IMG/VR virus record: IMGVR_UViG_3300033074_000304
Location: 2,540-66,539 of that record
DNA from: a virus
Taxonomy: Duplodnaviria; Caudoviricetes
Length of the DNA stretch: 64,000 bases
Strand: one strand, 5' to 3'
This document shows positions 34,449-44,956 of this stretch, piece after piece. Each line of letters opens with the position of its first letter. Within the stretch, counting starts at the first letter, position 1. The translations under genes were made by a program, and so were the position numbers. A model generated the notes under the pieces. That model saw only the letters and a program-made list of their open reading frames with translations. It searched no databases and was not told the origin of the DNA.

Positions 34449-35792
34449 GTGTCAGAAGCCATCCTCTTCAAAAAATGTTTAGGCTACACCGATTCCTCTG
34501 CTGTCGCCACTCAGAGCCACAACCCTGAGACCGGCGAAACACAGTTGATCGGTTGCACCAATACCACGGTTACGGACGATGGCGCTGTTGAGAAAGCACC
34601 GGCGCTGTCTACCGTCTATACCCACTCTGCGCCACTCAACAGGGTGTCGGCTGGGACGCGCCTGCTCTTCGACGACGGCACCAATATCTATGAGTATGTC
34701 GGTGGGGTGACTCCTGTCGCTACCAGATTCCCGGTACTGGACGGCCCGATCATCCATACTCCGATCGACGTGCGCGTGTCTGGTGCCACCAAGAACTACA
34801 AGTCAGTCAACCCGACCGGCGTAATGACCGAACTGACTGTCGGCACCAATCCCGGCCCTGCCACATCTGTTGCCTATGAAAAAATGCCCGTCTGTGATGG
34901 AGGTTTCGTCTACAATGCAAAGCTCTACACTTGGAAGGGCAAGTTTATTCAGTATTCGGAAGATTACCATTATGACCTTTGGGATATTGGCAATAGCTTT
35001 GTTAGCCACCTGTCAGATGTCAGACAAGCCGGTGCTGTACCCAACGTATTACTCGTCGCTCATGACGGGGTAGTTATCTCCTATGTCGGCAGCGGTCCTG
35101 CTGATTTTGCCAAGAAGTTCTATCCTTGCCCTTACATCAACAAGACCCTGTTCAGTGGTTTCATCAGCAAGGCTCTTGGCTACGGCCACGTCTTTATGGC
35201 TGACGACGGTATCTACATGGTTGACCAGAACGGTCAGATGGTCAGACTGACTGACAGTAATCTTGAGTATGCTGACACCCTGAACACCAGCTACACCAGC
35301 GCAATAGTCTCTGACGGCAAGTATCTGGCCTTTGGCAACAGCGTCTGCGTGGAATACGATTTCAGAACCAAAGCAGTCATGCTCAGACCGTCTGGTGTCG
35401 CTGCTGCGACTGTTCAGGTTGACACACCATATCTAGCCTATGGCTCGACTATGGCAACCATCTCCAGCTCACAGAACAGTGCTGTAGCCAGTTCCGTGAC
35501 GATCCCCTACGCCTACCTTGGGACAGAAGGCAGAAAGTCCTTCAGCGACCTGTATTTTACTGGAGAACTGACTGGTGATCTTGAGATCGTCTGCCGTGAT
35601 CAGTCCGACCCAGAAGAACCGATTCGCTGGACTATCGAAGCTGCTGACCTTGGCGTTGTCCAGAACAAACGGATCAAACTGCCAAGAGGCGTTGTCGGCA
35701 GCAAAGTGTCATTCCAGTTTAACGCTCTTGCTGGCAGCACGTTCAGAATGGAAGAGGCACGAGTCGTCTTTGACGCAGGGAACCGGCGTTGA
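34449..35792 (+). CDS. Tail tubular/nozzle-like protein
   Basis: Beta-propeller-like composition, position after the adaptor, C-terminal GRK.F..LYF...RIKLPRG. Confidence 0.6.
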   Translation: MSEAILFKKCLGYTDSSAVATQSHNPETGETQLIGCTNTTVTDDGAVEKAPALSTVYTHSAPLNRVSAGTRLLFDDGTNIYEYVGGVTPVATRFPVLDGPIIHTPIDVRVSGATKNYKSVNPTGVMTELTVGTNPGPATSVAYEKMPVCDGGFVYNAKLYTWKGKFIQYSEDYHYDLWDIGNSFVSHLSDVRQAGAVPNVLLVAHDGVVISYVGSGPADFAKKFYPCPYINKTLFSGFISKALGYGHVFMADDGIYMVDQNGQMVRLTDSNLEYADTLNTSYTSAIVSDGKYLAFGNSVCVEYDFRTKAVMLRPSGVAAATVQVDTPYLAYGSTMATISSSQNSAVASSVTIPYAYLGTEGRKSFSDLYFTGELTGDLEIVCRDQSDPEEPIRWTIEAADLGVVQNKRIKLPRGVVGSKVSFQFNALAGSTFRMEEARVVFDAGNRR

Positions 35793-37708
35793 TTACCTTC
35801 CCACCGCAGCTGCGTACAGGATCGCCAGAGGCTGTGGCTGTCCAGAACATAGGCAGGCAACAGGCGTTTATTTTACGGCAGCAACTTGCTCTTGGAAAAC
35901 TGAATATGGGAACACGGCGGGTTACTCTTGATAACGGTATCGAGATAACCTGCACCTACTGCTTTGGCAAGGAAGATATCTGGGTCAAAGTACCGCAAGT
36001 CCTGACAAGTGAGAGTGTTGAGGTTGTTGCAGAGTTCAGCTTGTTGGTCTGCGTGCCGAGATTAGCGTCAGACGGTGTTGTTTTCCCGCTTACAACCGAA
36101 GCGTTTGACCGGCAGTATGGCCTGAAGGTCAAGGACGCGGAAAATGGTCTTGAGTATGAAGCACCTGTCTCCAAGATTGATGTTGCAGGCAGAGGCAATT
36201 ATCATCTGGCAACTGAGGATGCTGTCTATTCAATAATAGCACCAGTGCACCATCTTGCTAACGAACCTAACAACGAAATACTGATACCAAGTTACACTAG
36301 ATACGCATGGACTACAAACGTCACAGCCAAAGATATTCATACATGTTATTCCGAATATGTTTACTCACAAGGAGAGCCGTTCTTCAGAGGAACTTATGCA
36401 CCGCCTGAATTAGAGTTTCAGTCTGCTTTGATAGTAGGTCTTGGTATTGATGGTGAAGACAATATCCATGTAGCACAGCTTATAGAAGCTGGTGAAGGGT
36501 CTGGGTATTGGTTAATAAATGACAAGGAAGGCGTTGCTCTTGGTGTCTTGTTTGGCACTGAATCAAATGCTGCTACCAAAGCAGATACTGTTGAAGGTTC
36601 TTTTTCAGAAATATGGAAGAACGAAAGCAAGACGCGTTGGTGGGTGGAGTTCCATAGCACCAACTGCTTTTCTTTGAATGAACACGGCCTTATGCCAGCA
36701 AGCCTTAACATATCACGAAGAGAATCATCATCTAGGGCAGGTGGTGTTAAACAGTGGTTCTATGACAACGGGACGTGGAAACAGTATGGTACAAGTGTCC
36801 CCGCAATACTTGAGTTTAAGGGACTACAATATGAAGATTCTCTTAAAAAAACAGAGTATGAACACTATCCATCTGGGGAAATAAACGGCTTGTTTATTGG
36901 CAAGCCTGTAACTATTGATCACAAGGCGTTGTCGTGGTCTGGAGTGCAGGGGTTACATAGAGAAAAATTACTAAAGGCATACCAAGCTACTGATTGGGCG
37001 GTAACGTTTATTCAATCAGACAATTGGGGGCAAGATGGCTCCTATATAGACATACATATCTCTGGGAACAAGGATAAAGACGGCAATTTATGTATAGGTA
37101 CTTTGTCTGTATCCAGTACTCTTCCCGGCACTTTGTCAACCATAGTCCAGTTTTCGCATTACAGGCTTGATATTAGCAATAAGTGCGTCCCTGACCAATC
37201 TGCCAAACTCGTTACAGGAGAAATAACCGTTACGTCAAGCCTTGGCGAATACGTTTTCCCAGCTGGTTACACAACCAAAAGTGGGTCGTGGGTAAGCATA
37301 TCAGAATGGTGGGCACCGGGGTCTTGGGGTGTTGTTTTAAGCCGCACAGAGTTATCTGGCAATACAAAAACACAGTATTATTCATCAAACAGTCCAGTTG
37401 TTGATCAAGGTCAAGTGTATTCTACAATGTGCCGGTATTCTTCAATACAGTACAGATCGGATTTAAGTTATGTAAAAAGCAACAATAGTACACCAATTGA
37501 CTACGGTTATGGGACATCAAGCGGTTATTCTCACGCTGGTTCATACCTTTTGTATAGCGGCGATGGCATTTGGTATCCGTGTAACAGCAATTACCCTGCA
37601 GCCGATTGCCCTATAAGGTGTGAAGACATAGAGGCTTCTGGATACAATACAGCATTCTTTTGGTATCCAATAGTGTATGTACAAACCTTAGAATGGAGAT
37701 GCTATTGA
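35789..37708 (+). CDS. Large virion/tail protein, AT-richer region
   Basis: 639-aa aromatic/Ser-rich ORF, coupled. Confidence 0.6.
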   Translation: MITFPPQLRTGSPEAVAVQNIGRQQAFILRQQLALGKLNMGTRRVTLDNGIEITCTYCFGKEDIWVKVPQVLTSESVEVVAEFSLLVCVPRLASDGVVFPLTTEAFDRQYGLKVKDAENGLEYEAPVSKIDVAGRGNYHLATEDAVYSIIAPVHHLANEPNNEILIPSYTRYAWTTNVTAKDIHTCYSEYVYSQGEPFFRGTYAPPELEFQSALIVGLGIDGEDNIHVAQLIEAGEGSGYWLINDKEGVALGVLFGTESNAATKADTVEGSFSEIWKNESKTRWWVEFHSTNCFSLNEHGLMPASLNISRRESSSRAGGVKQWFYDNGTWKQYGTSVPAILEFKGLQYEDSLKKTEYEHYPSGEINGLFIGKPVTIDHKALSWSGVQGLHREKLLKAYQATDWAVTFIQSDNWGQDGSYIDIHISGNKDKDGNLCIGTLSVSSTLPGTLSTIVQFSHYRLDISNKCVPDQSAKLVTGEITVTSSLGEYVFPAGYTTKSGSWVSISEWWAPGSWGVVLSRTELSGNTKTQYYSSNSPVVDQGQVYSTMCRYSSIQYRSDLSYVKSNNSTPIDYGYGTSSGYSHAGSYLLYSGDGIWYPCNSNYPAADCPIRCEDIEASGYNTAFFWYPIVYVQTLEWRCY

Positions 37709-37974
37709 CGAACATAGACAAAATAGGTTCCATGTCAGACATTTATGACATCAATGAGTATCGTTTGCTGTGTGGTGAACCCATACCATTTATTGTGTAT
37801 TGCATGGAGCTTGGTGTTTATCTGTATGTTACTCACAAATACCCAAATGAAGAGATTACACAGGCCCTTTTGGACAGAGCTGCTGAGGCTACTGTTGTTA
37901 TTGATTTTGACAACAAGACTGGCAATGAAATCTTTGAGCAGTCAAGCTGCTGTGGTGGTGGAGAGGTCAAGTAA
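37693..37974 (+). CDS. Hypothetical protein ending SSCCGGG
   Basis: ORF track; start uncertain. Confidence 0.4.
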   Translation: MEMLLTNIDKIGSMSDIYDINEYRLLCGEPIPFIVYCMELGVYLYVTHKYPNEEITQALLDRAAEATVVIDFDNKTGNEIFEQSSCCGGGEVK

Positions 37975-39087
37975 GTGGCAGAAGATTGCTCAATATACAA
38001 CTGCCTTGTGCAGGAAGACATCCCATTTACTATTGAAGATGGTAGGACACATATTGCCAAACATTATTGGGATGTGCGGTTGTCTTGGAACGGGTTAGAG
38101 CTTCTTGATGTCAAGCGCAACTTTTATTTAGCAACAGCGTACAATACAAAGTACGATGCTGAAAAATACAAGTATGTTTTAGGCAGCATCACACCTTGCG
38201 GTGCTACATCTTCAGGCACAATAACAGGCCAGATGTCAGAATCTGTTAGCGGTCAAGTGTCTCAAATCATGTATGCTGATCTTGAACACGATGTTTACTT
38301 GGTGCGGAAACAAACAGAGACACACACTTCAAGAGTAGAGCAACAAAACCCGTTTCAGGTTTTCACCTTGTACGCAACTGTGCAGCTTATAGCGTACTTT
38401 ATGCAGATAGACAGTACAATAGATGTTGATTTTACGTTGTACGTTAAGGGTCAACCTGTTGCTTCTTTTGCAAAAGACACTGTTAAAAAAATCAATACAG
38501 CACAACCTGTTGTATGGCCTCAGCCTAGTTCAAAGTCTATGTTCTTTTTGGCTGCTCCCGGCTACGAGTGGTTAAAAGCAAGTTGGTTTTATTGGTACAA
38601 TGATCCCGGCGATATTGGTTATGCACCTTGTTATGAAGGGTTTTTGACTGGTGATGGCGTCGGTATCATGAACGGGTATAAAAGGGCTGAAACTGATGGA
38701 GGTAAAGACTTCTTTTACCCTGACTGGATCAGAGATTATATGTTCGTTGGGTGCCCGCCATTCCATAGCCTTATGGCAGCAGAAGCGTATGAAAGATTTT
38801 ACAACGTGCTTGGTGGGCCTGTAAGCAAAAGATGCGCTGCTCCATTTAAGACTACGTTGAACGCTAATTTATGGGTCACACAAGACATCATAGGCAACTA
38901 TATCAAGTATGCTGATCATGATTTTTATTCGTTCTTCTTGCCAGAGGTGGAACAGGTGATCAACAACCTTGGCAACACAGAGATAAAGCAACTGTTTGAC
39001 GCAGCAGTGGCAGCAGCAAAGGATGATGATGGGTTGCCTCTTAACCTGCCTTCTCCTGAAATTTATTACCCGATAGGCATAGCATGA
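37975..39087 (+). CDS. Hypothetical virion protein
   Basis: 370-aa ORF. Confidence 0.55.
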   Translation: MAEDCSIYNCLVQEDIPFTIEDGRTHIAKHYWDVRLSWNGLELLDVKRNFYLATAYNTKYDAEKYKYVLGSITPCGATSSGTITGQMSESVSGQVSQIMYADLEHDVYLVRKQTETHTSRVEQQNPFQVFTLYATVQLIAYFMQIDSTIDVDFTLYVKGQPVASFAKDTVKKINTAQPVVWPQPSSKSMFFLAAPGYEWLKASWFYWYNDPGDIGYAPCYEGFLTGDGVGIMNGYKRAETDGGKDFFYPDWIRDYMFVGCPPFHSLMAAEAYERFYNVLGGPVSKRCAAPFKTTLNANLWVTQDIIGNYIKYADHDFYSFFLPEVEQVINNLGNTEIKQLFDAAVAAAKDDDGLPLNLPSPEIYYPIGIA

Positions 39088-39338
39088 TTGATCTGATTAT
39101 TTATTCTTTGTCGGCCTATGCAGTCACCTTTGTGGTGGCATCAAGCAGCTTGTTTGAACCAGTAAGGCTTTGGTTTATGCGTAAAACACCGAAGCTGAAG
39201 ATAGGCAACAACAAACACATGATAGAGTGTCGGATGTGCACCGGCTTTTGGGCTGCTTTGCTGGTCTGTAATAGTGACTGGAAGATGATCCTACCGGCTT
39301 ATGGTTTAAGCTATTTCATGGCAACATTAGAGAGGTGA
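39084..39338 (+). CDS. Small membrane protein with CxxC (DUF1360-like)
   Basis: Hydrophobic segments, LFEPVR, ECRMCTGFW. Confidence 0.6.
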   Translation: MIDLIIYSLSAYAVTFVVASSSLFEPVRLWFMRKTPKLKIGNNKHMIECRMCTGFWAALLVCNSDWKMILPAYGLSYFMATLER

Positions 39339-39342
39339 CAAT

Positions 39343-39774
39343 ATGGCAATGGTACTGATGGACACAGGGGCAACTCAGATTGCCAACAGCTATTTTAAGA
39401 AAACCAACCCCGCAGCAGGTAACAACCTGACGCTCAAACTGTTTGTCAACGACATCACACCTGCTGATGATGACGTGATCGGTGATTACACAGAGGCTTC
39501 TGGTGGAGGGTATGCTGCAAAGACGTTGATAGCATCAGAGTTCACTACCTCTACGGTTGGTGGCATCGTGCAGTGTGCATACAACACACAACAGTCATTC
39601 GTGTTTACTGGTGCTCTTACCACCAACCCCGCCATTTACGGGGCGTACATTGTAGATGCTGATGGCGTGCTGATCTGTGCTGAAAAGGCCGCTGCTTCCT
39701 ACACCCCTACTGCAAATGGTCACATGTACGTGGTGGACGTTGTGGTTCAAATCAGCAAAGGTACACCTACCTGA
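39343..39774 (+). CDS. Virion structural protein
   Basis: LKLFVNDITP...EASGGGYAAKTL...IYGAYIVD pattern. Confidence 0.65.
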   Translation: MAMVLMDTGATQIANSYFKKTNPAAGNNLTLKLFVNDITPADDDVIGDYTEASGGGYAAKTLIASEFTTSTVGGIVQCAYNTQQSFVFTGALTTNPAIYGAYIVDADGVLICAEKAAASYTPTANGHMYVVDVVVQISKGTPT

Positions 39775-39786
39775 TAGGAGGCTGAT

Positions 39787-40077
39787 ATGGCAGCAGGAGA
39801 TGTTTATAATCAGGGTGTAACAGCTACAGCGCAAGATGCCTACTTTGCTATCCAGCCGAGTGCAGGGGTAGAGGTTGTTATCCATAACATCAGCCATTCA
39901 ACGGATGCCGTGCTTGAGTTCTATGACGGAACTACAGCAGTCACTGTTGATACACAGATAGGTGCCGGTGCATGGATGGGGATGTTTTTGCATTGTACCA
40001 ATGGCAAGTATTATCGTGTGAAGAACACCAACGCGGCTTCAAACAATATCTGCTGCGATGGTGTGCAAACCAAGTAA
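39787..40077 (+). CDS. Hypothetical structural protein
   Basis: SD AGGAGG. Confidence 0.55.
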   Translation: MAAGDVYNQGVTATAQDAYFAIQPSAGVEVVIHNISHSTDAVLEFYDGTTAVTVDTQIGAGAWMGMFLHCTNGKYYRVKNTNAASNNICCDGVQTK

Positions 40078-40086
40078 GGGGTCATT

Positions 40087-40638
40087 ATGGCTATTAAGCG
40101 TCTGAACACTCTTCAAAAAGATAGCGACATTATTGACCTGACCAGCGCAACCACTGACTATCCGCTGGCAGTTGGTGAAACTGCTATCATTACATACACA
40201 TCAGCAACCAGTGTTCCGCTGCGTGTAGCTACAACAAATGGAGAATATGAGCTGCATTTAACAGGAGATCTCACAATAGCGTCAACAAATTCAGGCGCAA
40301 TTACATTTAATCCAAACAACTCTAGTCAGACAGGTATGATAGGAACAGCGACACAAGTAGGCATTACAACGCTTACCAGCAATAGTTTTGCTACATCAAC
40401 CAGCACAATAACCATGGGCTCATCATTATTGGTTTACGCAAATTTCAATGTGACAACTAGCACTAAATATAAAGGCTGGTTGGGTAATTCTGTGTATAAA
40501 TTTAGTAATACCAACGGCTTGTACCGTGACGTGTATGCTGGATATTGGGATAACACTACAACGGAGTGGACATCGCTGGGCACAATAACGTTCCCGTTTG
40601 CACAGTCCGGGAAAATAGCAATTAAGCGGATAGCATAA
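40087..40638 (+). CDS. Hypothetical structural protein
   Basis: Thr/Ser-rich beta protein. Confidence 0.55.
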   Translation: MAIKRLNTLQKDSDIIDLTSATTDYPLAVGETAIITYTSATSVPLRVATTNGEYELHLTGDLTIASTNSGAITFNPNNSSQTGMIGTATQVGITTLTSNSFATSTSTITMGSSLLVYANFNVTTSTKYKGWLGNSVYKFSNTNGLYRDVYAGYWDNTTTEWTSLGTITFPFAQSGKIAIKRIA

Positions 40639-41187
40639 ATGCTCACATCAACTGGCCTCTACATATCCGGCGGAGATATCACTGAGCAGGGCAGGTTTGC
40701 AATTAACAACCTGACTGAGATTGGCGAGTATGTTCCGACAATATCAGGCGGGTATCTCGTGATGTCCGGTGGAATGGTTGTTGGCGGGACGTTGCCTGTT
40801 ACAACCAAATCAGGCATGTCAATGTCGGGTGGATTTGTTGCAGGCGGTGAGTGTCCTTTCGGTAACGGCTATTACCACGACATGACAGGTGGTTTTGTAG
40901 CCGGTGGTAATCTTGGCCTTGCATCAGGCTATTCGTTTGTAACAGCAGGCGGTCTTGTAGTAAGCGGCAATTTCAACCTACCTGCTGGATTGAATATGTC
41001 AGGCGGAGCAATAATTGGCGGTACATTCCCTGTTACCACAAGTGCTGGCATGACCATGACCGGCGGGATGCTGGTAGGCGGCAACCAGATCAAGAAGCAG
41101 ATACCCTTTGAAGCGGTCTATCCTCCTGTTGTCGATTTCACCCTTACGGACGCATCAATCAACTTTAAACTGGAGCAACAGCCATGA
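40639..41187 (+). CDS. Gly-rich repeat protein
   Basis: Six imperfect [MT][STA]GG-x3-GG units. Confidence 0.55.
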   Translation: MLTSTGLYISGGDITEQGRFAINNLTEIGEYVPTISGGYLVMSGGMVVGGTLPVTTKSGMSMSGGFVAGGECPFGNGYYHDMTGGFVAGGNLGLASGYSFVTAGGLVVSGNFNLPAGLNMSGGAIIGGTFPVTTSAGMTMTGGMLVGGNQIKKQIPFEAVYPPVVDFTLTDASINFKLEQQP

Positions 41188-41822
41188 GCATAGTCGTGCA
41201 GAAGGGCAACGGTTTTTCAGGGCAGTACACACAAGCTGTTATCGCTACGGCTGCTGACTGGACCGGTACGGCAGCAGTATATAAGACCTACCCAGGCTCG
41301 GCAGTCTTTACTGTTGACCTGTCTGTAAGCGTTGACGGCACAAAGCTGTTGTTCACCCTGCCTGCCAACCAGATACTGAATCTTGATGCCGGTGTTTATG
41401 CTGTAGTGGGTAACATGGTTAGTGCAACGCTTGGCATTGACACGTACCGGATCGACTATATGACTGTCACCGAAGTTGTTGCCAGTGAACAACCCATGAC
41501 CACGCTGACCATGACCGTTGCCAAGATAGACGGCACGCCAACCGGCTCCCCCACCAAGACCCTGACCAACACCACCAGCGGCACCGTGCTTGTGAACGGA
41601 TGGAGCGGCGTTAAGGTTACTGCGTCTCACAACACTGCCTACAACATCGGCACTGATATTATCGGAACAGAAACAGTGACCACTGAAACCAATGCAGCAG
41701 GCTATGCTCAACTTGCTGTCATTAAGGGATCGACCGTTACCGTATCCTGCCCGTCTTTTGGTAAGACCGTTACTGTTGATACCACCGGCCTTGATACCAT
41801 TGACCTGAGTACCTACTTCTAA
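41184..41822 (+). CDS. Hypothetical structural protein
   Basis: Thr/Val-rich Ig-like composition. Confidence 0.55.
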   Translation: MSIVVQKGNGFSGQYTQAVIATAADWTGTAAVYKTYPGSAVFTVDLSVSVDGTKLLFTLPANQILNLDAGVYAVVGNMVSATLGIDTYRIDYMTVTEVVASEQPMTTLTMTVAKIDGTPTGSPTKTLTNTTSGTVLVNGWSGVKVTASHNTAYNIGTDIIGTETVTTETNAAGYAQLAVIKGSTVTVSCPSFGKTVTVDTTGLDTIDLSTYF

Positions 41823-41830
41823 GGAGTCCA

Positions 41831-43636
41831 GTGATGTCAGAACTTAACCTTGACGGTATGCTAACATCTGACGCGGTAAAAACCGTGATAGAGGCGAAAT
41901 ACAGCGACGTGTCGGTGTGGGCCGAGTATGGTAGAACCATGCTTGAATCGAAGCTGGCCGATATTGTAGCCAACAACGAACAGTTTGACGTGTCAGCGTT
42001 TATTCAGGCGGCACAAGATGCTATTGACGGGATACCGGTTAGCGAGGCGTCCACTATCACGTATACCGCCCCGGCAGCGCCAGCGTACAATGGTCCTGTG
42101 GCGTACACAGCACCTGCAAGTCCTGAGTATATCCTTGGGGAAGAACTTGCTCCCGTAATGCCACTCGCACCGTCATACAACACAACAGATATTGTACCTG
42201 ACTTGCCAGAAGCGCCTACCTACGAAACGGCAGGATTAGCCCCCTCTATGCCTAATGCCCCTTCTTGGCAGTCAATCTCGTATTCCGCGCCTACGCTCAG
42301 AGGGACGATACAAGCCATACCAGAGCCAACGCAGTATGAGGCAGGCGCAGCACCATCTACCGACATCACGTTTACCAATACTGCCTTTAGCGACAACCTG
42401 CTTGATACACTGAAGGCGAAATTGAATGCTGAGTTGTCAGGTACGCATACTGGTCTTGGCAGTGCAGAAGCCGCTTTGTTTGCCAGAGAGACAGCACGAC
42501 AGAACGCTGCTCGTTCAGCGGCTTATACTGAGATCACAACTCAGTTTTCTGCTCGCGGGTTTGATATGCCCCCCGGCGCTCTACTCGCAAAGCAGACAGA
42601 GATGAACAACCAGACGGCTCTGCTCTTGTCTGACTCAAGCTCTCAAATCATGGCTGAGTCTGCTAGGTTGGCGGTGGATTACAATAAAGCTGTATTGGCT
42701 GCGACTTCACAAGCAATAGATATGCTTGGCAGGTTGCATGACAGCAAGGTAATGCGTGACTTTGAAGCCGCAAAGAACGAGGTTATGCTTGATCTTGAGG
42801 GATTTAAGGCCGCGATACAGGTGCTGGCAGCAAACGCTGATCTTGAGGGTAAGTATATCAGCACGCTGGCAACGGCCAACAATAGCATAGTCCAGATGTT
42901 CAGTGCAGAGGTGGGTGCAGAATCGGCCCGTATTGGCGCTTTATCTGATCTGAACAAGGCGTATGCGGCAAACTTTTCTGCTGAAGTGCAGGCGGAAACA
43001 GCAAGAGTTGGGGCTTTGTCTGACTACAATAAGTCGCTTGCAAGCCAGTTTACGGCTGAGGTTCAGGCTGGCGTAGCAAAGGTAAGTGCCTTTGCCGATT
43101 ATAACAAATCTCTGGCAGGTCAGTTCACGGCAGAAGTGCAGGCCGAGACAGCTAGGGTAAGTGCTTTGTCAGACTACAACAAATCCCTTTCTGGACAGTT
43201 TACCGCAGAGATACAAGGTGCTATAGCGGCTACCAACGCCCCTACCGAAGTCAACAAGGCCCTTGCAGCAGCTTACTCTGCCGCTGTCCAAGGAGCTGCG
43301 GCTGATGTGTCTGCACAGGGGGAAGAGGCAAGATCGAAGGCGGCTGCTGACGAAGTGGCGTCACGCAAGGCTATGGGCATAGCTGATCTGGCAAGCAAAT
43401 TTGCGCTGTCCAATATCGACCAAGCAATACGCAAGTACGCTGCTGACCTTGAGTTACTGAAAGGTACCGCGTCAGGGGCCATGCAGTTGATTGCATCATC
43501 ATTCAACACGGTATCAACCACTGCAAGCCTCGGTTATCAGGCGCAAGGTCAGACCAGCTACGACGGTGATATCGAGTCCAAGAACGCGAACCGGTTGGCT
43601 GTGGCTAACCTGAAGCAATCACCCGGTGGATTCTGA
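41831..43636 (+). CDS. Putative internal virion/ejection protein with 25-aa repeats
   Basis: Pro-rich N-region, Ala-rich helical body, FxAEVQAE..RV.ALSDYNKSL repeats. Confidence 0.65.
   Translation: MMSELNLDGMLTSDAVKTVIEAKYSDVSVWAEYGRTMLESKLADIVANNEQFDVSAFIQAAQDAIDGIPVSEASTITYTAPAAPAYNGPVAYTAPASPEYILGEELAPVMPLAPSYNTTDIVPDLPEAPTYETAGLAPSMPNAPSWQSISYSAPTLRGTIQAIPEPTQYEAGAAPSTDITFTNTAFSDNLLDTLKAKLNAELSGTHTGLGSAEAALFARETARQNAARSAAYTEITTQFSARGFDMPPGALLAKQTEMNNQTALLLSDSSSQIMAESARLAVDYNKAVLAATSQAIDMLGRLHDSKVMRDFEAAKNEVMLDLEGFKAAIQVLAANADLEGKYISTLATANNSIVQMFSAEVGAESARIGALSDLNKAYAANFSAEVQAETARVGALSDYNKSLASQFTAEVQAGVAKVSAFADYNKSLAGQFTAEVQAETARVSALSDYNKSLSGQFTAEIQGAIAATNAPTEVNKALAAAYSAAVQGAAADVSAQGEEARSKAAADEVASRKAMGIADLASKFALSNIDQAIRKYAADLELLKGTASGAMQLIASSFNTVSTTASLGYQAQGQTSYDGDIESKNANRLAVANLKQSPGGF
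42899..43230 (+). repeat. 75-bp tandem coding repeat (about 4.5 units)
   Basis: Phe codons at 42899, 42974, 43049, 43124, 43199. Confidence 0.8.
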
Positions 43637-43693
43637 TTCGCATGACAACCAAGAAGCTGGTAATGTGCTAACAACAAGTTGGAGGTAAGATAT

Positions 43694-44956
43694 ATGGCAG
43701 ATTTTGAGCAGGACACTAAAGCTCTTGAAACAAAGTTATCCAGCGCCGCGAAAGTGCCGAAGTCCGAAGAGAGTTATTTCCGAGGTAAACCCGGAGGCTT
43801 TGTAGACCGGGCCGTAGGAGCTGTGTTCGGCGGAAAGAATTATGACGAGGACGGGAGGTATACCGGCGCTGTGTCGCAGGCGGACACTGCCAAGACCTCC
43901 TCCGCGCCAGCTCCACCGTCCCCAGCCATAGCCACTCCTGCTCCTGCCCCAAATGCCCCTGTCGCCCCGGCTACTGCGAGGCCGGAACCGGCTGCTAACA
44001 AGGCGATATCCACCTCTGCGGCCAACGTGGTGCAAAATGCCATCGCTAAAATGGGGTTGAGCCCTGAGCAATTCAAAAGGTTCGACGTAGCCAGTGGCAA
44101 AGCTGGCCCCGGCGTTGTGGCCAACGGAAGCCGTAGCGATTGGTCAAATGGGTCTGCCAACACAGCAGCTTTGTCCCAGATCAATATGCAGCCGTCAGCC
44201 CTGACCTCTTACTCCTCCAAAGCAAGGACTGATGAGTTCGGGAGGGCACTGCCTGACGAACAGATAACTGCCAATCTCGGTACTATGTCGAATCGCAATT
44301 TACAGGGTATGACTTATGACCAGCAGGTGGCCAAGGCTCAAGAGGTCAACGCCGCGAACGAGCGCTTCAATGCTATCAACATGTCCCCAAGAGAGCGTGC
44401 TGCCTTTGAGAATATGAGCAACACCAAGATGGGCTCATTTACCAGATCAGGGGCTGCCGCAGAGGTAGAGGCCTTCAAGGCCCGTCGTGACGCTTACCTC
44501 GGCAAAGAGAAGAACGACCAAGCCCTTGCACTCGGGAAGCAGCAGTCTGACGACCGTAAGTACGCGGCAGACCAAGCCCTCTCTGGTCATAAGATGACGG
44601 CTGATGCGACACGGTACAAGGCGGACAGAGACGCTGAAGGTGACAAGCTGAAGGTGGACGCAGCTATCAAGACCGGCAAGGACTCACAGCGCTCAGACAG
44701 TATCAAGGCGCTGAGCACCAGCATAGAACAAAAGACCAAGGCCCTTGAAGGCATAGTAGACCCCAGGAAGCGTGAAACGGCCATGGTGGCGCTGGAGAAG
44801 GACCACGCACGGCTGGCCAAGCTGGCAGGGTTTGAGGACAGTGGCGAGCAGGCTGCCTCCAAGTTACCAAAGGGCATGAAACGACAAGTCGGTACATCTG
44901 GAGGCAAGCCGGTGTATGAAGACGAAAAAGGCAACAGACACATCATGGAGGGCTAA
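43694..44956 (+). CDS. Putative internal virion/ejection protein
   Basis: SD GGAGGT; Ala/Pro-rich then charged helical; ends LPKGMKRQVGTSGGKPVYEDEKG. Confidence 0.65.
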   Translation: MADFEQDTKALETKLSSAAKVPKSEESYFRGKPGGFVDRAVGAVFGGKNYDEDGRYTGAVSQADTAKTSSAPAPPSPAIATPAPAPNAPVAPATARPEPAANKAISTSAANVVQNAIAKMGLSPEQFKRFDVASGKAGPGVVANGSRSDWSNGSANTAALSQINMQPSALTSYSSKARTDEFGRALPDEQITANLGTMSNRNLQGMTYDQQVAKAQEVNAANERFNAINMSPRERAAFENMSNTKMGSFTRSGAAAEVEAFKARRDAYLGKEKNDQALALGKQQSDDRKYAADQALSGHKMTADATRYKADRDAEGDKLKVDAAIKTGKDSQRSDSIKALSTSIEQKTKALEGIVDPRKRETAMVALEKDHARLAKLAGFEDSGEQAASKLPKGMKRQVGTSGGKPVYEDEKGNRHIMEG

